This document shows positions 1 to 10,082 of a stretch of DNA of 64,000 nucleotides, one piece after another (positions within the stretch are counted from its first letter, which is position 1; every line of letters begins with the position of its first letter). The notes below the pieces were generated by a model. The model saw nothing but the letters and a program-made list of their open reading frames with translations. It made no database searches and was not told the DNA's origin. The DNA lies in the NCBI GenBank assembly GCA_046538485.1, contig JBKHIT010000004.1, positions 64,001-128,000 on the forward strand, given 5' to 3'. This DNA comes from Candidatus Brocadiia bacterium (GTDB taxonomy: Bacteria > Planctomycetota > Brocadiia > SM23-32). The position numbers and the translations under genes are program-made.

Positions 1-234
1 CGCGCTCAAATCCGGCGATACCGGTAGAGCAACCGCGAAATCGCTTCCGTTGAAATGTTGAATCGCTGCAACACGCACCACATTGTGCTCGTCTTCCTTG
101 GCCTCGTCGTAGTCAGGAGCCACCACCAGAACACGGTGTCCTTGTGAGCGTAGTGCGTCTACCGAACTTTTCACCGAAGTTGCCACCCCCCCAACATACG
201 GGATGTATGTGTTTGTCATCATCACGATGTTCAT
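1..234 (-). CDS. Glycosyltransferase family 4 protein, N-terminal part (runs off the window start)
   Basis: Manual translation from ATG at 234: MNIVMMTNTYIPYVGGVATSVKSSVDALRSQGHRVLVVAPDY..., a typical GT4 N-terminus. Purine-rich RBS (AAGGACGGGAAAG) upstream; open to position 1. Not in the ORF track. Confidence 0.85.
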   Translation of the reverse strand, partial: MNIVMMTNTYIPYVGGVATSVKSSVDALRSQGHRVLVVAPDYDEAKEDEHNVVRVAAIQHFNGSDFAVALPVSPDLSA

Positions 235-398
235 CTTTCCCGTCCTTTACAGCAAGCCGATTTCATGTAGGTTCATCTTGTGCCATGTCGCCGCCAAATC
301 TTTTTTCATGTCCCGGGCCTGTTTCATCATGCATACTAAGGGATTTCCAGATTCACATCAGACTGACTACGAGTAATTTCCGCTGCCAGACCTCACGA

Positions 399-2864
399 TC
401 ATTCGTTATCCGGGATCACCAGATCCAGGCCGTCGCAGAACAAACCGATGCCGCGCGGATATTCTTTTCCATCCTCCTCTTTTTTGAATGCCACCCGCCC
501 TCGCTGAACCGCACTATTATCGTATCCTTTAGGATAAAAATCCTCCTCGGGCCCGACATCCAGGAAAAACGCAAAATTGCCTCCGACGCCCGGATATCCT
601 TTGGCGATCGCCGTAGCGTTTCCGAAATGCGCTCTCTCGTAAACGTCCCTCCCACCGACGTGATAGCTGACAGCGAACGCTTTTGCGCCCGCCCAACCGG
701 TATTTCCCCGGAACCCCTTTCCATGAAGATCCGTCATCACATCGTCGCCGCCCAGATCGAGCAGGTATCCCGTCCCCAGATCCCACGCATTTCCCCCGCC
801 CAATCCGGATGCGCTGTAACGATCGCTGCCGTTATAATCGATCAAATACCCGACGCCCCGATGGCAGCCGTTCCCCAGGGCATGATTCCCCGACCACGTG
901 CTGCGATTCGCCCCGCCCGGCCCTCGCTTGACAAAATACGTGTCCGCCCCGACCGCATCGCGTACAATTCCCATCCCGCCGGCATAACCCGATGCAACGC
1001 CAAAGGAGGAACCGATATACGAATCATCGCCGTCGGCATCTTGAACAATACCCACGCCGCCTCCCAGCGTCGCATACCACCGGTCCGAATTTTCCCGGGC
1101 TTCCGCACGCCAGCTCGATCCATACCCGATCCCCGCGCCGTCGTATCCGTTGTCCCAATCTTTGCCGATACTGTAAGCACATTCGTGCAAACCCAGGCAC
1201 TGGTAATGGTCGTCACCTTTTTCGTCGCACAAGACGCCAAACGCACTATTAATCCCCGCGCCGATGGCGGCAACCCCCGCAACATACACATCGCGCCCAG
1301 CCCTATCTTCAAGCATTCCCACTCCGCGCCAGAATCCCGTCCCGAAGACGTATTTTTGTCCGAGATAGAGATCATCGCCCGCTTCATCGATAAGACATCC
1401 AATCCCCAGAAACCCCGCCCCAAAACCGAATCCGGCGTCGAGCGGAACGCCTTTTTTGTCAGGTTCCTTTGGGTTACCAAAGAGACGCACAAACGGCACC
1501 AGCATCGTATCCTCACCCTCCGGATCGGGTTGTACAAGGGCATCCCGAGTGGTTTCCCTGGGGTTGAAGCGTCTTGAAAGTCCCTGACAGTATCGGTCAT
1601 TCCCCTTACGGTCGATCAGCACGGAAATCGCACCAATTCCGGCTGCGGGTCCGCCTACGCCATCCGTCCGGTAGAGGTCGGATCCCGAAAAATCGACGAT
1701 AATTTCAAGCGGGTAGTCTCCAATACGTCGTGCTGGCTGCCGCCACAGGTAATCATCGTCGCCTCCAGCGTCGATTATCACAGCCGCTTCGACATCGCGA
1801 TAGACGTTTCTGCCAGGTCCCCCGACCACGATTCGACCGTAATCGGTCTCAAAACTTGTCAGCAATTTTCCTTCTACGCCGGGCAACTGGCTTTCCTGAG
1901 GTGTCATAGCCGACAGCTCTCTCTCAAGGGATTCGAGCCGCGAAGCGTCCAGATGTTCCGCAACGAAATCCCAGCACCGGCCGAGCGCGGGGAAATCGAT
2001 CGAACCTTCCCAGGCTGGATGGGTCGTATTCGCTTCGCGGTCACAATCGCAGATACCTGTGGTCGACACAGGTTCGCCGGCGAGGGCGCGGAGGTAATGA
2101 TACAGACCGGTCATGCTGTGGAGTCGCTCGGGGACAGCGGTCCCGCTTTCCTGCGTTTTTGAGTTGCCGGGTTCAAACGGATCCGATGGATAGAAACCCC
2201 AGTGCATGTAGTACGGCGGAGCGCCCTTCGATCGATTGACAAAACGCCCGTTGCAGCGGCAAATCCACGGCACCACAAATCGCAGAAGACCTCTGTCCTG
2301 CGGACCGAACTCTCCCAGAACGATTTCGTCCATGTATTCTGCGGCGGTTTCAAACATGCTTCGGAACGATTTTAAATGCTGTCCGCCTTTCAATATTTTG
2401 CTACCGAGAACCGGGGATTCTCCATCGTTGCCCGGAAGCGCTTCAAAAAGTTCCTGAACTCTCCGGAACCCGGGCTTCTTTCTTCCTCCGGTATTCAGGA
2501 GATTTGTGGTCCATGATTCAACGCGCCAGACCCCCTCGATGGGATCGTTTTGCACGCGCGCGATCGCCGGTATCCGAGGGTAATTCTGGCTCTGCGCGAG
2601 CGTGCGGTTATATTCACGGCAGTGCCGCACGTATGTCGAGTAATCGGCCCTCGCGCCGTAGCGTTCGTGGAAGAGTCTTGAGCCAGGATCACACCCGGGT
2701 ATCCTATCGCCTCTTTCCAAAATCCCTCTCAGGACTTCGCTCAGTCGCGCCAGATTATTGTTGCGATTACGTGTGGGAGACGACGTATGGTCCGTCGTTG
2801 TCCGGCAGCCCGGGCACATGATGGCCAGTAAGGCGAGCAGAAAAAGGGTAAACGCATGTTTCAT
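399..2864 (-). CDS. Putative lipoprotein with tandem glycine-rich D-x-x-G-x-D-x-Y repeats
   Basis: 842-aa ORF; the start MKHAFTLFLLALLAIMCPGC (ATG 2864) gives a signal peptide ending in Cys. The C-terminal half has about 11 repeats such as IIDAGGDDDY, LIDRKGNDRY, LIDEAGDDLY, VQDADGDDSY. Confidence 0.8.
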   Translation of the reverse strand: MKHAFTLFLLALLAIMCPGCRTTTDHTSSPTRNRNNNLARLSEVLRGILERGDRIPGCDPGSRLFHERYGARADYSTYVRHCREYNRTLAQSQNYPRIPAIARVQNDPIEGVWRVESWTTNLLNTGGRKKPGFRRVQELFEALPGNDGESPVLGSKILKGGQHLKSFRSMFETAAEYMDEIVLGEFGPQDRGLLRFVVPWICRCNGRFVNRSKGAPPYYMHWGFYPSDPFEPGNSKTQESGTAVPERLHSMTGLYHYLRALAGEPVSTTGICDCDREANTTHPAWEGSIDFPALGRCWDFVAEHLDASRLESLERELSAMTPQESQLPGVEGKLLTSFETDYGRIVVGGPGRNVYRDVEAAVIIDAGGDDDYLWRQPARRIGDYPLEIIVDFSGSDLYRTDGVGGPAAGIGAISVLIDRKGNDRYCQGLSRRFNPRETTRDALVQPDPEGEDTMLVPFVRLFGNPKEPDKKGVPLDAGFGFGAGFLGIGCLIDEAGDDLYLGQKYVFGTGFWRGVGMLEDRAGRDVYVAGVAAIGAGINSAFGVLCDEKGDDHYQCLGLHECAYSIGKDWDNGYDGAGIGYGSSWRAEARENSDRWYATLGGGVGIVQDADGDDSYIGSSFGVASGYAGGMGIVRDAVGADTYFVKRGPGGANRSTWSGNHALGNGCHRGVGYLIDYNGSDRYSASGLGGGNAWDLGTGYLLDLGGDDVMTDLHGKGFRGNTGWAGAKAFAVSYHVGGRDVYERAHFGNATAIAKGYPGVGGNFAFFLDVGPEEDFYPKGYDNSAVQRGRVAFKKEEDGKEYPRGIGLFCDGLDLVIPDNE

Positions 2865-3017
2865 GGGCTTCACAATAATATCCCGACGGCGAAGTGTCTT
2901 TGTTCTAATCGCGAGTGGATTAACCACGATTTCATTACGATATCACTCAAGTGTGCGCACGTAAAGGGAACTTCTTGCTCAGTCAGGGTCTTAGCGCAAT
3001 TCGGCGAGTTCATGCGT

Positions 3018-3047
3018 TTGACAGAGCCCATTTTGTTCCGGTACAGT
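3018..3047 (+). promoter_or_regulatory. Candidate sigma70 promoter for the DUF6785 gene
   Basis: TTGACA-N18-TACAGT about 60 nt upstream of ATG 3105. Confidence 0.4.
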
Positions 3048-3104
3048 CGGGGATCCTGTTAATCTCCCACGGCAGGGGCCCCGCCTTTTGCGGAAGAGGT
3101 ACGT

Positions 3105-5084
3105 ATGAGCTGGAAAGCTTTTTTTATAGGCCTGGTGTTTGTCGGAATCATAAACCTCATAACTCCGTACAATGACTTCGACCTCGCCAACACCTACATG
3201 ACGGGATTCCATTTCCCGGTGGGGGCATTCTTTCTGCTTGTTCTGTTTACTCTGGGTTGCAACACACTCCTCAAACTTGTCAGAAAGGCGTGGGCTTTCA
3301 AGCAACAAGAGCTGATGCTTGTATGGTGCATGATGATCATCGGCTCGACTGTTCCCAGCAGTGGGTTGATGCGCTATTTACACCCCATGATCGCGGCCCC
3401 TTCTTACTACGCAAGCGGGGAAGAATACCAGGACTGGACCAAAGAAGGTCACCTTCTGTCGCGAACACCGGATGCTCTGGTTCTTAGCACAGGTAATGAT
3501 CCAGCCATAAACCCGCGGGCAAAAGCGGCGCAGGATTTCTACGGCGGGACGAGTCGGGATGAAGAGCTCTCTATTCCCTGGCGGCACTGGGCACGTCCGC
3601 TTGTCGCGTGGGGCATATTTCTTCTTATGTTCTACCTATCCATTTTTTTCATGTGCGCGATCCTGCGGGGGAGATGGGTTGACGCCGAGAGGCTATCGTT
3701 CCCGCTGGCCAAAGTGCCACTGGAACTGACCGAGGACAGCAGCGGCAAAAGCTTATTTCCTTCTCTGGTCAGCAACCCTTATTTCCTCGTTGGTGTGGGG
3801 ATTTCGCTGGTTTTCGGATTTGTCCGTCTTTTCGCCATAGAAACCGTTCAAATCAAACTCTGGCGGATTACCAGCGGGACGTTTCTCGAGCAGGGTCACA
3901 TTAATGTTGCCTATGTTTTTCCGTTGGCCATTGGTTTCGCTTTCTTGTTGCCCGCTCAGATCAGTTTCAGTTTCTGGTTTTTCTGGTTGTTCTCCCGTTT
4001 CGAATACATTGCCGCCTATCAGGCCGGTTCCCCCATAACTCAAGGCGATTATGGTCCCTTTATGCAGTGGCAACAGGCGGGGGCGTTTGTGGCATTTACG
4101 GCCGTCATACTCTGGAAGGCCAGAAAGCACATAGCCAAGGTAGCCCGCAAAGCCTTTGGGGCGGGATCAGACGTGGATGATTCAGACGAACCGGTCGGGT
4201 TCAAGCTGGCGTTCTGGGGATTCATCCTCTGCTGCGTTGGCCAGATTGCTTGGTTCCTCTTTTTTGCCGAACCCGCCGGCATATCCGAAGGCGCCCGTGA
4301 GGTCTTCAGCCTTTTGCTTCTGCTTGCATTTATCTTCAGTCTCTTGCTTGTTCACGCCCGGCTGGTGGCTCAGGGCGGGCTTTTTTTCACGCAACAAAAC
4401 TGGGCGCCGGTGCAGGTTGTGCATGGTATAACGGGCGGGTACGGGCTCAGCGCCCCGGCCCTGGTTATGGCCAATATGCAACACGCTATGCTCATGTCGG
4501 ACGCCCGTGAGGTCCTCAGCCCCCATGCAATGAACGCGTTCCGTATCACTTCCATATTCAAAAAGAAGAAACGGCTTTTTATGCCTGCTATGCTCGCCGC
4601 CCTCTTACTCGCACTCCTGGTGGCCGGTTGGTCCAGCATGCGGGTTTTCTATTCAACCGGAGCCAACAACGTCAGTAACGGCTACGGTCCCCGAGTGCTC
4701 GCTCCCAATACATTTAAAACGGCCGAAAAGATGATAATGGAACCCGAAAGTTCTGCTGATATGCAGGCCGGAGCCGGGATTTTCGGGGCAGTATTTATGG
4801 TCGGCGTTCTGGCTGTGCGTATGCGGTTTCACTGGTGGCCCGTGCATCCCATCGGATTCCTTGTGGCAACAACCTATATGATGGGAACGATGTGGCTCTC
4901 ATTTATGATAGGATGGTTTATCAAAACACTGGTTATGTACTTCGGCGGCGGACGGGGTCTGCGGCGCGCGCGTATTTTCTTCCTGGGTATCATTACGATG
5001 GAAGCCTTCTGGGTAGGAACTTGCGCCGTACTGGGCTTCTTGTTGAAACAAAAAATCGGCGGGTACATCTTCCTGCCTGGGTAA
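3105..5084 (+). CDS. DUF6785/DUF6784-type polytopic membrane protein (putative peptide transporter)
   Basis: 659 aa with many hydrophobic segments; family-like motifs ITPYND, W..AERLSFPLAKVPL, RMRFHWWPVHPIGF; RBS AAGAGGT. Confidence 0.75.
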   Translation: MSWKAFFIGLVFVGIINLITPYNDFDLANTYMTGFHFPVGAFFLLVLFTLGCNTLLKLVRKAWAFKQQELMLVWCMMIIGSTVPSSGLMRYLHPMIAAPSYYASGEEYQDWTKEGHLLSRTPDALVLSTGNDPAINPRAKAAQDFYGGTSRDEELSIPWRHWARPLVAWGIFLLMFYLSIFFMCAILRGRWVDAERLSFPLAKVPLELTEDSSGKSLFPSLVSNPYFLVGVGISLVFGFVRLFAIETVQIKLWRITSGTFLEQGHINVAYVFPLAIGFAFLLPAQISFSFWFFWLFSRFEYIAAYQAGSPITQGDYGPFMQWQQAGAFVAFTAVILWKARKHIAKVARKAFGAGSDVDDSDEPVGFKLAFWGFILCCVGQIAWFLFFAEPAGISEGAREVFSLLLLLAFIFSLLLVHARLVAQGGLFFTQQNWAPVQVVHGITGGYGLSAPALVMANMQHAMLMSDAREVLSPHAMNAFRITSIFKKKKRLFMPAMLAALLLALLVAGWSSMRVFYSTGANNVSNGYGPRVLAPNTFKTAEKMIMEPESSADMQAGAGIFGAVFMVGVLAVRMRFHWWPVHPIGFLVATTYMMGTMWLSFMIGWFIKTLVMYFGGGRGLRRARIFFLGIITMEAFWVGTCAVLGFLLKQKIGGYIFLPG

Positions 5085-5295
5085 TGCTTCTTGAGTTGCG
5101 CTCACGCCTTCCTGCGCTGGATTATGTGGAGGAAAGACCTCTCATCGCAGGATTTTCCGCACCATTCCGTTTACAATGATTAACACCTCTTATAAAAACG
5201 CAGTATGCCAGAGTATTGAGGTACAAAACCGTTCAACAAATGAAGGTAAGGACCGAATTAAACTGTCAGGAATGAATAAGTTCTGGAGAATATGA

Positions 5296-6375
5296 ATGGA
5301 AAAAGTGATAACCGAGGCGCAGCGAAAACAATTGTTTTCCAACGGGCATTCCATGGGTATATTCTTTGTGCTGTTTTTTCTCTCCGTGACCACATTATTG
5401 GCTGATGTCAAGTCTGAGAAAGATCGAGGAGATCGGATGAAATCGACGGCCCCAAAAACCCCCGAATCTGTCAGAATATCCGAAGACGAAAAACTGGGTT
5501 TCGAGGCTTTTTGGGAACAGTATCAGGACCTGCTTGACCAGCTGGCTGCAAAAAAGTCGGCGATTGAACAAAAAGAAAAAGATGTTGATGAAACCCGTGA
5601 AACGGGGAGAAAACACCACGCGGAATTGCAGAAACTTGAGAAAGAGCGTGATGAAGAAATTGAAGGACTTCGCAACGAAAGAACTGAGACTCTGCGGGAT
5701 CTGTATAAGGAAGCCAAAGAGCTGGAGGAAGAGCACGAAGAGGCTGAAGATGAACTGCGTGAAATAAAATCCAAGGTCAAGAACTCGTCGAAATACGACG
5801 ACCTCCTGCACAAATATAAGCGCGCTGTCAAAAGGCTCGAAAAGGAAATGTACGAAGCCCGGCGCGATTTCAAAGAAGCCAGAGAGATCAATCCCGATTC
5901 GGACAAACCGTGGAAAGATGAAGCCGGAAACGTACGCAAAAAGTACAATGAGATCGCCAAGACCCCCCAAAGTAAATTGGCACGAGTCAGAAATAGACTC
6001 GGGGAAAAGGAAAAAGCTCTTGCTGAGCTCAAAGCCGATTCAAGAGCGCTTGAGGACAAAATCGAAGCAATGAATGAAGCCCTTGAAACGCATTATGATC
6101 AAATGCTGAAAGCCTGTTATGCGCGGGTCAATTGCCGGTATATGATTGATGACGGCAAGGCCAGAGTCACGGGTGGACGCTGGGTCGAATGCGATCACCG
6201 AGTGGATCTGGCCGATACACTGGAGGAAGAAGGGGGTAAAGTTAAAGCTCTGGCGGACAATTTTCTGGCCAATAAAAAACTTGATAAAGCGTATCCGCTA
6301 TATGCGCTGATTGTGGACAGATTTCCTGGAACAAAATCTGCCAAGAAAGCGGCCAGCTTGATACGGAGACGCTGA
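5296..6375 (+). CDS. Hypothetical exported or membrane-anchored coiled-coil protein
   Basis: 359 aa; hydrophobic N-terminal segment, long E/K-rich heptad region, C-terminal TPR-like helix pair (AYPLYALIVDRFPGTKSAKKA); RBS GGAG. Confidence 0.75.
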   Translation: MEKVITEAQRKQLFSNGHSMGIFFVLFFLSVTTLLADVKSEKDRGDRMKSTAPKTPESVRISEDEKLGFEAFWEQYQDLLDQLAAKKSAIEQKEKDVDETRETGRKHHAELQKLEKERDEEIEGLRNERTETLRDLYKEAKELEEEHEEAEDELREIKSKVKNSSKYDDLLHKYKRAVKRLEKEMYEARRDFKEAREINPDSDKPWKDEAGNVRKKYNEIAKTPQSKLARVRNRLGEKEKALAELKADSRALEDKIEAMNEALETHYDQMLKACYARVNCRYMIDDGKARVTGGRWVECDHRVDLADTLEEEGGKVKALADNFLANKKLDKAYPLYALIVDRFPGTKSAKKAASLIRRR

Positions 6376-6459
6376 AACGATTTCGTCTCCGTATTTTACC
6401 TGCCGGGTCCTAAAAATATAGCCCTGAGGCCTGTAACTGCTCTGCCCAACCCTTTCCGT

Positions 6460-7692
6460 TCAGAACACGGGTGGATCGTCGGAAATTTGCCTTTCGCCCC
6501 GCGTCAACTCGAATGCCGCTTTAACCAGTTTCCTATCGGCTTCCGTCTGTTCTACATCCCGCCGTTCAAACATCCGTCTCTGCGTAATGATGGCCTGATC
6601 GGCCGGGACTTCGGTGACCTGCCCGAAAGAACGCGCGTAATTGCAAAAGCTGGGCACGTTCTGGCCAATATACCCGTAAAGCATACTTCCCACTCCGATG
6701 GTTTTCCCTGTAAATATACTGGTATTAATCGCTGTCTTCGCGTAATCGCCGATGATACATCCAAGAAACTGCATATCGGTCTCAAGTCGTTCGCCCTGAT
6801 GATCCACACGCACTTTGCCGTAGGTGTTTTTCAGATCGCTGTTGCTGGTGCCTGCCCCGAGATTCACCCAGGATCCGATATAGGAATGCCCCAGAAAACC
6901 ATGGTGTTGCTTGTTGGTGTATGCCTGGAGCGTGCTGGCCTCGACTTCGCCTCCAATCTTACAGGTATGAGACGTGGAGACACATTCTTTCATGGATGAA
7001 CGCTCAATTATCCGGGAATTCGGCCCTATGTAAACCGGCCCTTCAAAAAACGTGAAATCAAGGACTTTCACCCCGCGGTCGAGGACCACGGGACCATCTT
7101 CAGTATGGAAAACCGCATTTTTCGGCAATTCAACATCATCCCCAACAAAAACGCCGGGCCGGTCTTCGGAGAATCCGTCTTCCGAAAGTTTACGCTCGAT
7201 GTTGCCCGGAAAAAGTCGTTCCAGGTTATCGACTATTTGAAACGGGTAATCCAGTGTTTCAAAGGCCGAATCTTCCTTCAGCGGCAGTTCCTGGCTGAGG
7301 AGAAACCCGCTGATCTTCTCCGGCCAGAGATCCATCGGAATTTCCCGATCTACTGGCAGCAAAGCTGCACTGACACGCTGCCCACAGGTACAAAGCACAG
7401 CATCTCCGCTCGACAACATCTCCTCAAGATGTTGTACGAGGCCCACATCGGGCACAACTGAAGCATTCAAAAAAAGCGTCGGGCCATCGCCTACCGGTCC
7501 GGCTTTGAAAGAACGCCGCACGACCTTGTCGAGGTAATCGCGCACGATGAAACTGACGTTATCGCCCACCATATGCGCGATCTCATACAGGTTGAAACAG
7601 GCGATCGAAATATCGAACGCCGGCCGGGTCAACGTTACCGGCCAGCTTTTGTCAACGTGCTCGTCCTCGAACAGAATAATATTCCCGGTCAT
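6460..7692 (-). CDS. GlmU-like putative sugar nucleotidyltransferase/acetyltransferase with hexapeptide repeats
   Basis: 410 aa; N-terminal PVTLTRPAFDI; left-handed beta-helix region with CKIGGEVE, NKQHHGFLGHSYIGSWVNLGAGTSNSDLKN. Confidence 0.85.
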   Translation of the reverse strand: MTGNIILFEDEHVDKSWPVTLTRPAFDISIACFNLYEIAHMVGDNVSFIVRDYLDKVVRRSFKAGPVGDGPTLFLNASVVPDVGLVQHLEEMLSSGDAVLCTCGQRVSAALLPVDREIPMDLWPEKISGFLLSQELPLKEDSAFETLDYPFQIVDNLERLFPGNIERKLSEDGFSEDRPGVFVGDDVELPKNAVFHTEDGPVVLDRGVKVLDFTFFEGPVYIGPNSRIIERSSMKECVSTSHTCKIGGEVEASTLQAYTNKQHHGFLGHSYIGSWVNLGAGTSNSDLKNTYGKVRVDHQGERLETDMQFLGCIIGDYAKTAINTSIFTGKTIGVGSMLYGYIGQNVPSFCNYARSFGQVTEVPADQAIITQRRMFERRDVEQTEADRKLVKAAFELTRGERQISDDPPVF

Positions 7693-7765
7693 TATTTTCT
7701 CGCTCCATACTAACGGTCCCGAGCCGCCACAACATCCCTCTCTCGAGCGACCCCTTCGATTCGGA

Positions 7766-7795
7766 ATTATACCACCCCGCCCGGCGCTTTTTCAA
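7766..7795 (-). promoter_or_regulatory. Candidate sigma70 promoter for the GlmU-like gene
   Basis: Minus strand TTGAAA-N18-TATAAT with an extended -10 TG. Confidence 0.5.
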
Positions 7796-8069
7796 TCTCG
7801 AACCCTATTCTAAACCGCCCATTTGAACTTCAGTGTGCCGGACATAAAATAGAATAGTAGATTGGTTCTTGTATGAATTATACGGTAATATTCCCCTAAA
7901 AAGCTTCACAGGATGCTGTTACTACAATTTGTATGGCCTCCAGTTGTATTCAGTGTGTATTCTCGACTTTGCCATCGGTAAACGGCACAAATTCACCCTG
8001 TCGGGAGCGTCCGACGCTTGCAAGAACCGGCTAGAGCTTCGCTCTTCCCCAATCCCAGGAGTCACAAAT

Positions 8070-9089
8070 ATGCGCACCATCGTCCTTGGTAAGACCGAAC
8101 TTGAAGTATCTGCCGTCGGGTTCGGCGGAATCCCCATTCAACGTTTGCCAACCGATGAGGCAGTGCAGACTATACGCTCTGCGCTCGAACTTGGGGTTAC
8201 TTTCATCGACACGGCTGCCGCATACGGCGATAGCGAGGAGAAAATTGGACCCGCCATCGAAGACCGTTGCGATGGGGTCGTTATCGCGACGAAAAGCGGA
8301 CGCACCGATGGCGATGGCTTGCGCGAGGAACTCGAAAACTCGCTGGAAATGCTTCGCACCGATACAATCGATCTGTATCAGCTCCATTGCGTCTCCAGCG
8401 AAGAGAAATGGACAAAAATGCGCAAAGCTGGCGGTGCTTTGCCCGCGGCGCTCAAAGCTCGGGATGAAGGGCTGATAAAACATTTTGGGGTTACCTCTCA
8501 TAGCCTTGATTTAGCCCTCGCACTGGTCGATGTCCCGGAATTTGAAACGATCCAGTTTCCGTTCAACCTTGTCACCTCCGAACCGGCCGATGAACTGATT
8601 CCGGCTGCTCGGGACCAAAACCTCGGATTTATCGTTATGAAGCCGCTTTGCGGCGGACAGTACCGCAACGCCACTTTTGCTTTTAAGTTCCTCAACCAAT
8701 ATCCCGACCTCGTGCCGATTCCGGGCATAGAAAAAGTGGCGGAAATCCAGGAGATTGTCCGGATTGTCGACTCCGGAGAGACGCTTCAGGGACGGGAAAA
8801 AGAAGAGGCTATGGAGACCGCAAGCCGGCTCGGAAAACGGTTCTGTCGGCGCTGCGGTTATTGTATGCCGTGCCCACAGGGTGTGCCCATCCAGACGGCC
8901 ATGACTTTTGACAGTTTGATCGAGCGTTTACCACCCGAGCGCCTTCTATCCGGACCCGCAACGCGCCTTGCGCAGAAAGCGGTCGAATGCGTTGAGTGTG
9001 GTGAATGCCAAGAAAAATGCCCCTACAATCTCCCCATCATTGACACCGTGCAGAAAAACCTTGAAAAAGCGCGGAAGATATTGGAATAA
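8070..9089 (+). CDS. Aldo/keto reductase with C-terminal 4Fe-4S dicluster domain
   Basis: Start MRTIVLGKTELEVSAVGFGGIPIQ with RBS CAGGAG; FIDTAAAYGDSEEKIG, IDLYQLH; CRRCGYCMPCP and CVECGECQEKCP. Confidence 0.9.
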   Translation: MRTIVLGKTELEVSAVGFGGIPIQRLPTDEAVQTIRSALELGVTFIDTAAAYGDSEEKIGPAIEDRCDGVVIATKSGRTDGDGLREELENSLEMLRTDTIDLYQLHCVSSEEKWTKMRKAGGALPAALKARDEGLIKHFGVTSHSLDLALALVDVPEFETIQFPFNLVTSEPADELIPAARDQNLGFIVMKPLCGGQYRNATFAFKFLNQYPDLVPIPGIEKVAEIQEIVRIVDSGETLQGREKEEAMETASRLGKRFCRRCGYCMPCPQGVPIQTAMTFDSLIERLPPERLLSGPATRLAQKAVECVECGECQEKCPYNLPIIDTVQKNLEKARKILE

Positions 9090-9267
9090 GAAATGGTCTC
9101 ATCGAGAACGAGTGCTGCGGGTGAGCCATTTGCGTTGATCAGAAATATTGGCACAGTTGGGACTTAGCATAGCCAGAAAAATTTTTTACCCCAAAATCCG
9201 GCTCTGAGAGCCGTTGAGAAAATGGTTTAGCCTGAAAAAGCGGTTTTTCACCCCATTGGCCCCCCGC

Positions 9268-9310
9268 GAGCGGACTGGACTTCAGCCGGAGACTGGAGTT
9301 CAGAACGCGG
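9268..9310 (+). repeat. REP-like palindromic element family A, copy 1
   Basis: GAGCGGACTGGACTTCAGCCGGAGACTGGAGTTCAGAACGCGG; related copies at 13341, 15778, 25762, 58707. Confidence 0.85.
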
Positions 9311-9405
9311 ACCATAAACCGGCAGGTCTCGGAGCAAAACAGCAGAACAACCAACGGCAGGTCCGCTTCGGCGATGCGGACCGACAGCTACCTGGCATTT
9401 CACGG

Positions 9406-9468
9406 CATTTGTCCGCCTCAAGTCCCCCTTCGTCCGCCTGAGCGGACTCAGCTGAACTTGAGTCTGCA
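9406..9468 (+). repeat. Palindromic element family B, copy 1
   Basis: CATTTGTCCGCCTCAAGTCCCCCTTCGTCCGCCTGAGCGGACTCAGCTGAACTTGAGTCTGCA aligns over its full length with 15706-15769. Confidence 0.75.
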
Positions 9469-9682
9469 GGATACGCGGTCGAGAAGCGGAGTTGCAAGCT
9501 TACAGGATGATTGACACCAGATATGGGGTTTATGTTACAACAATCTGTAAAGACTTTTCCGAAGGAAAGTTGAGGAATTTGCGCCCGGCTCTGTTCGGGA
9601 GTCGGTGGCAATCTCAAGGTAGTCCAGCGTTGTCAAACAGGGAAATGGCCCACAGCGCAAAGTCCCCGCGGGTACAAAACAC

Positions 9683-9711
9683 TTGACTTTGGTAACCGGT
9701 TAATCTATAAA
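9683..9711 (+). promoter_or_regulatory. sigma70 promoter of tRNA-Gly
   Basis: TTGACT-N17-TATAAA, 12 nt upstream of the tRNA. Confidence 0.7.
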
Positions 9712-9723
9712 ATGCGCTGAAGA

Positions 9724-9798
9724 GCGGGCGTAATTCAGTGGAAGAATGTCAGCTTCCCAAGCTGAAAGTCGGGGGTTCGAATCCCCTCGCCCGCTCCA
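9724..9798 (+). tRNA. tRNA-Gly(CCC)
   Basis: Cloverleaf: acceptor GCGGGCG/CGCCCGC, anticodon arm TCAGC-TTCCCAA-GCTGA, T-loop TTCGAAT, encoded CCA. Confidence 0.97.
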
Positions 9799-10082
9799 GT
9801 TTTAAGTACCCTCTGAACCACAATCAGTCCTTCCCCCCGGCGTCTTCGCGATGTGACCGATACGAATCGCTTTGTTTTTCGCGCGTGTCATCAAAAGAAA
9901 AGAATGTGAAAAATTGAAATGCTTTCAAAAAGAATCCCTTCCAAACAACTCACTGCCCTGTCATTTTGCTATTACCGGTGGAAATGAGTACTGTAAGCTT
10001 GCACCTGGAGCTGGACGAACCGCGTCGTTCCGCTCAACAACAGTGGCAAAGAGTTCCGTTTCCCCCAAGAAAGGAGCCCGTT

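Noticed and set aside
144..1577. 477-aa plus-strand ORF
   Set aside because: Antisense shadow of the repeat-rich 399-2864 gene; no motifs, and it also overlaps the GT4 gene.
7869..8069. N-terminal extension of the aldo/keto reductase ORF
   Set aside because: AT-rich and not protein-like; the RBS and family N-terminus point to ATG 8070. The same reasoning applies to the extensions at 9966, 18097, 40397 and 55840.
9800..10082. Riboswitch or ncRNA in long intergenic regions (also 7800-8060, 21110-21360, 25810-26350, 58540-58900)
   Set aside because: No recognisable riboswitch consensus by eye; an Rfam/Infernal scan would be needed to exclude one.
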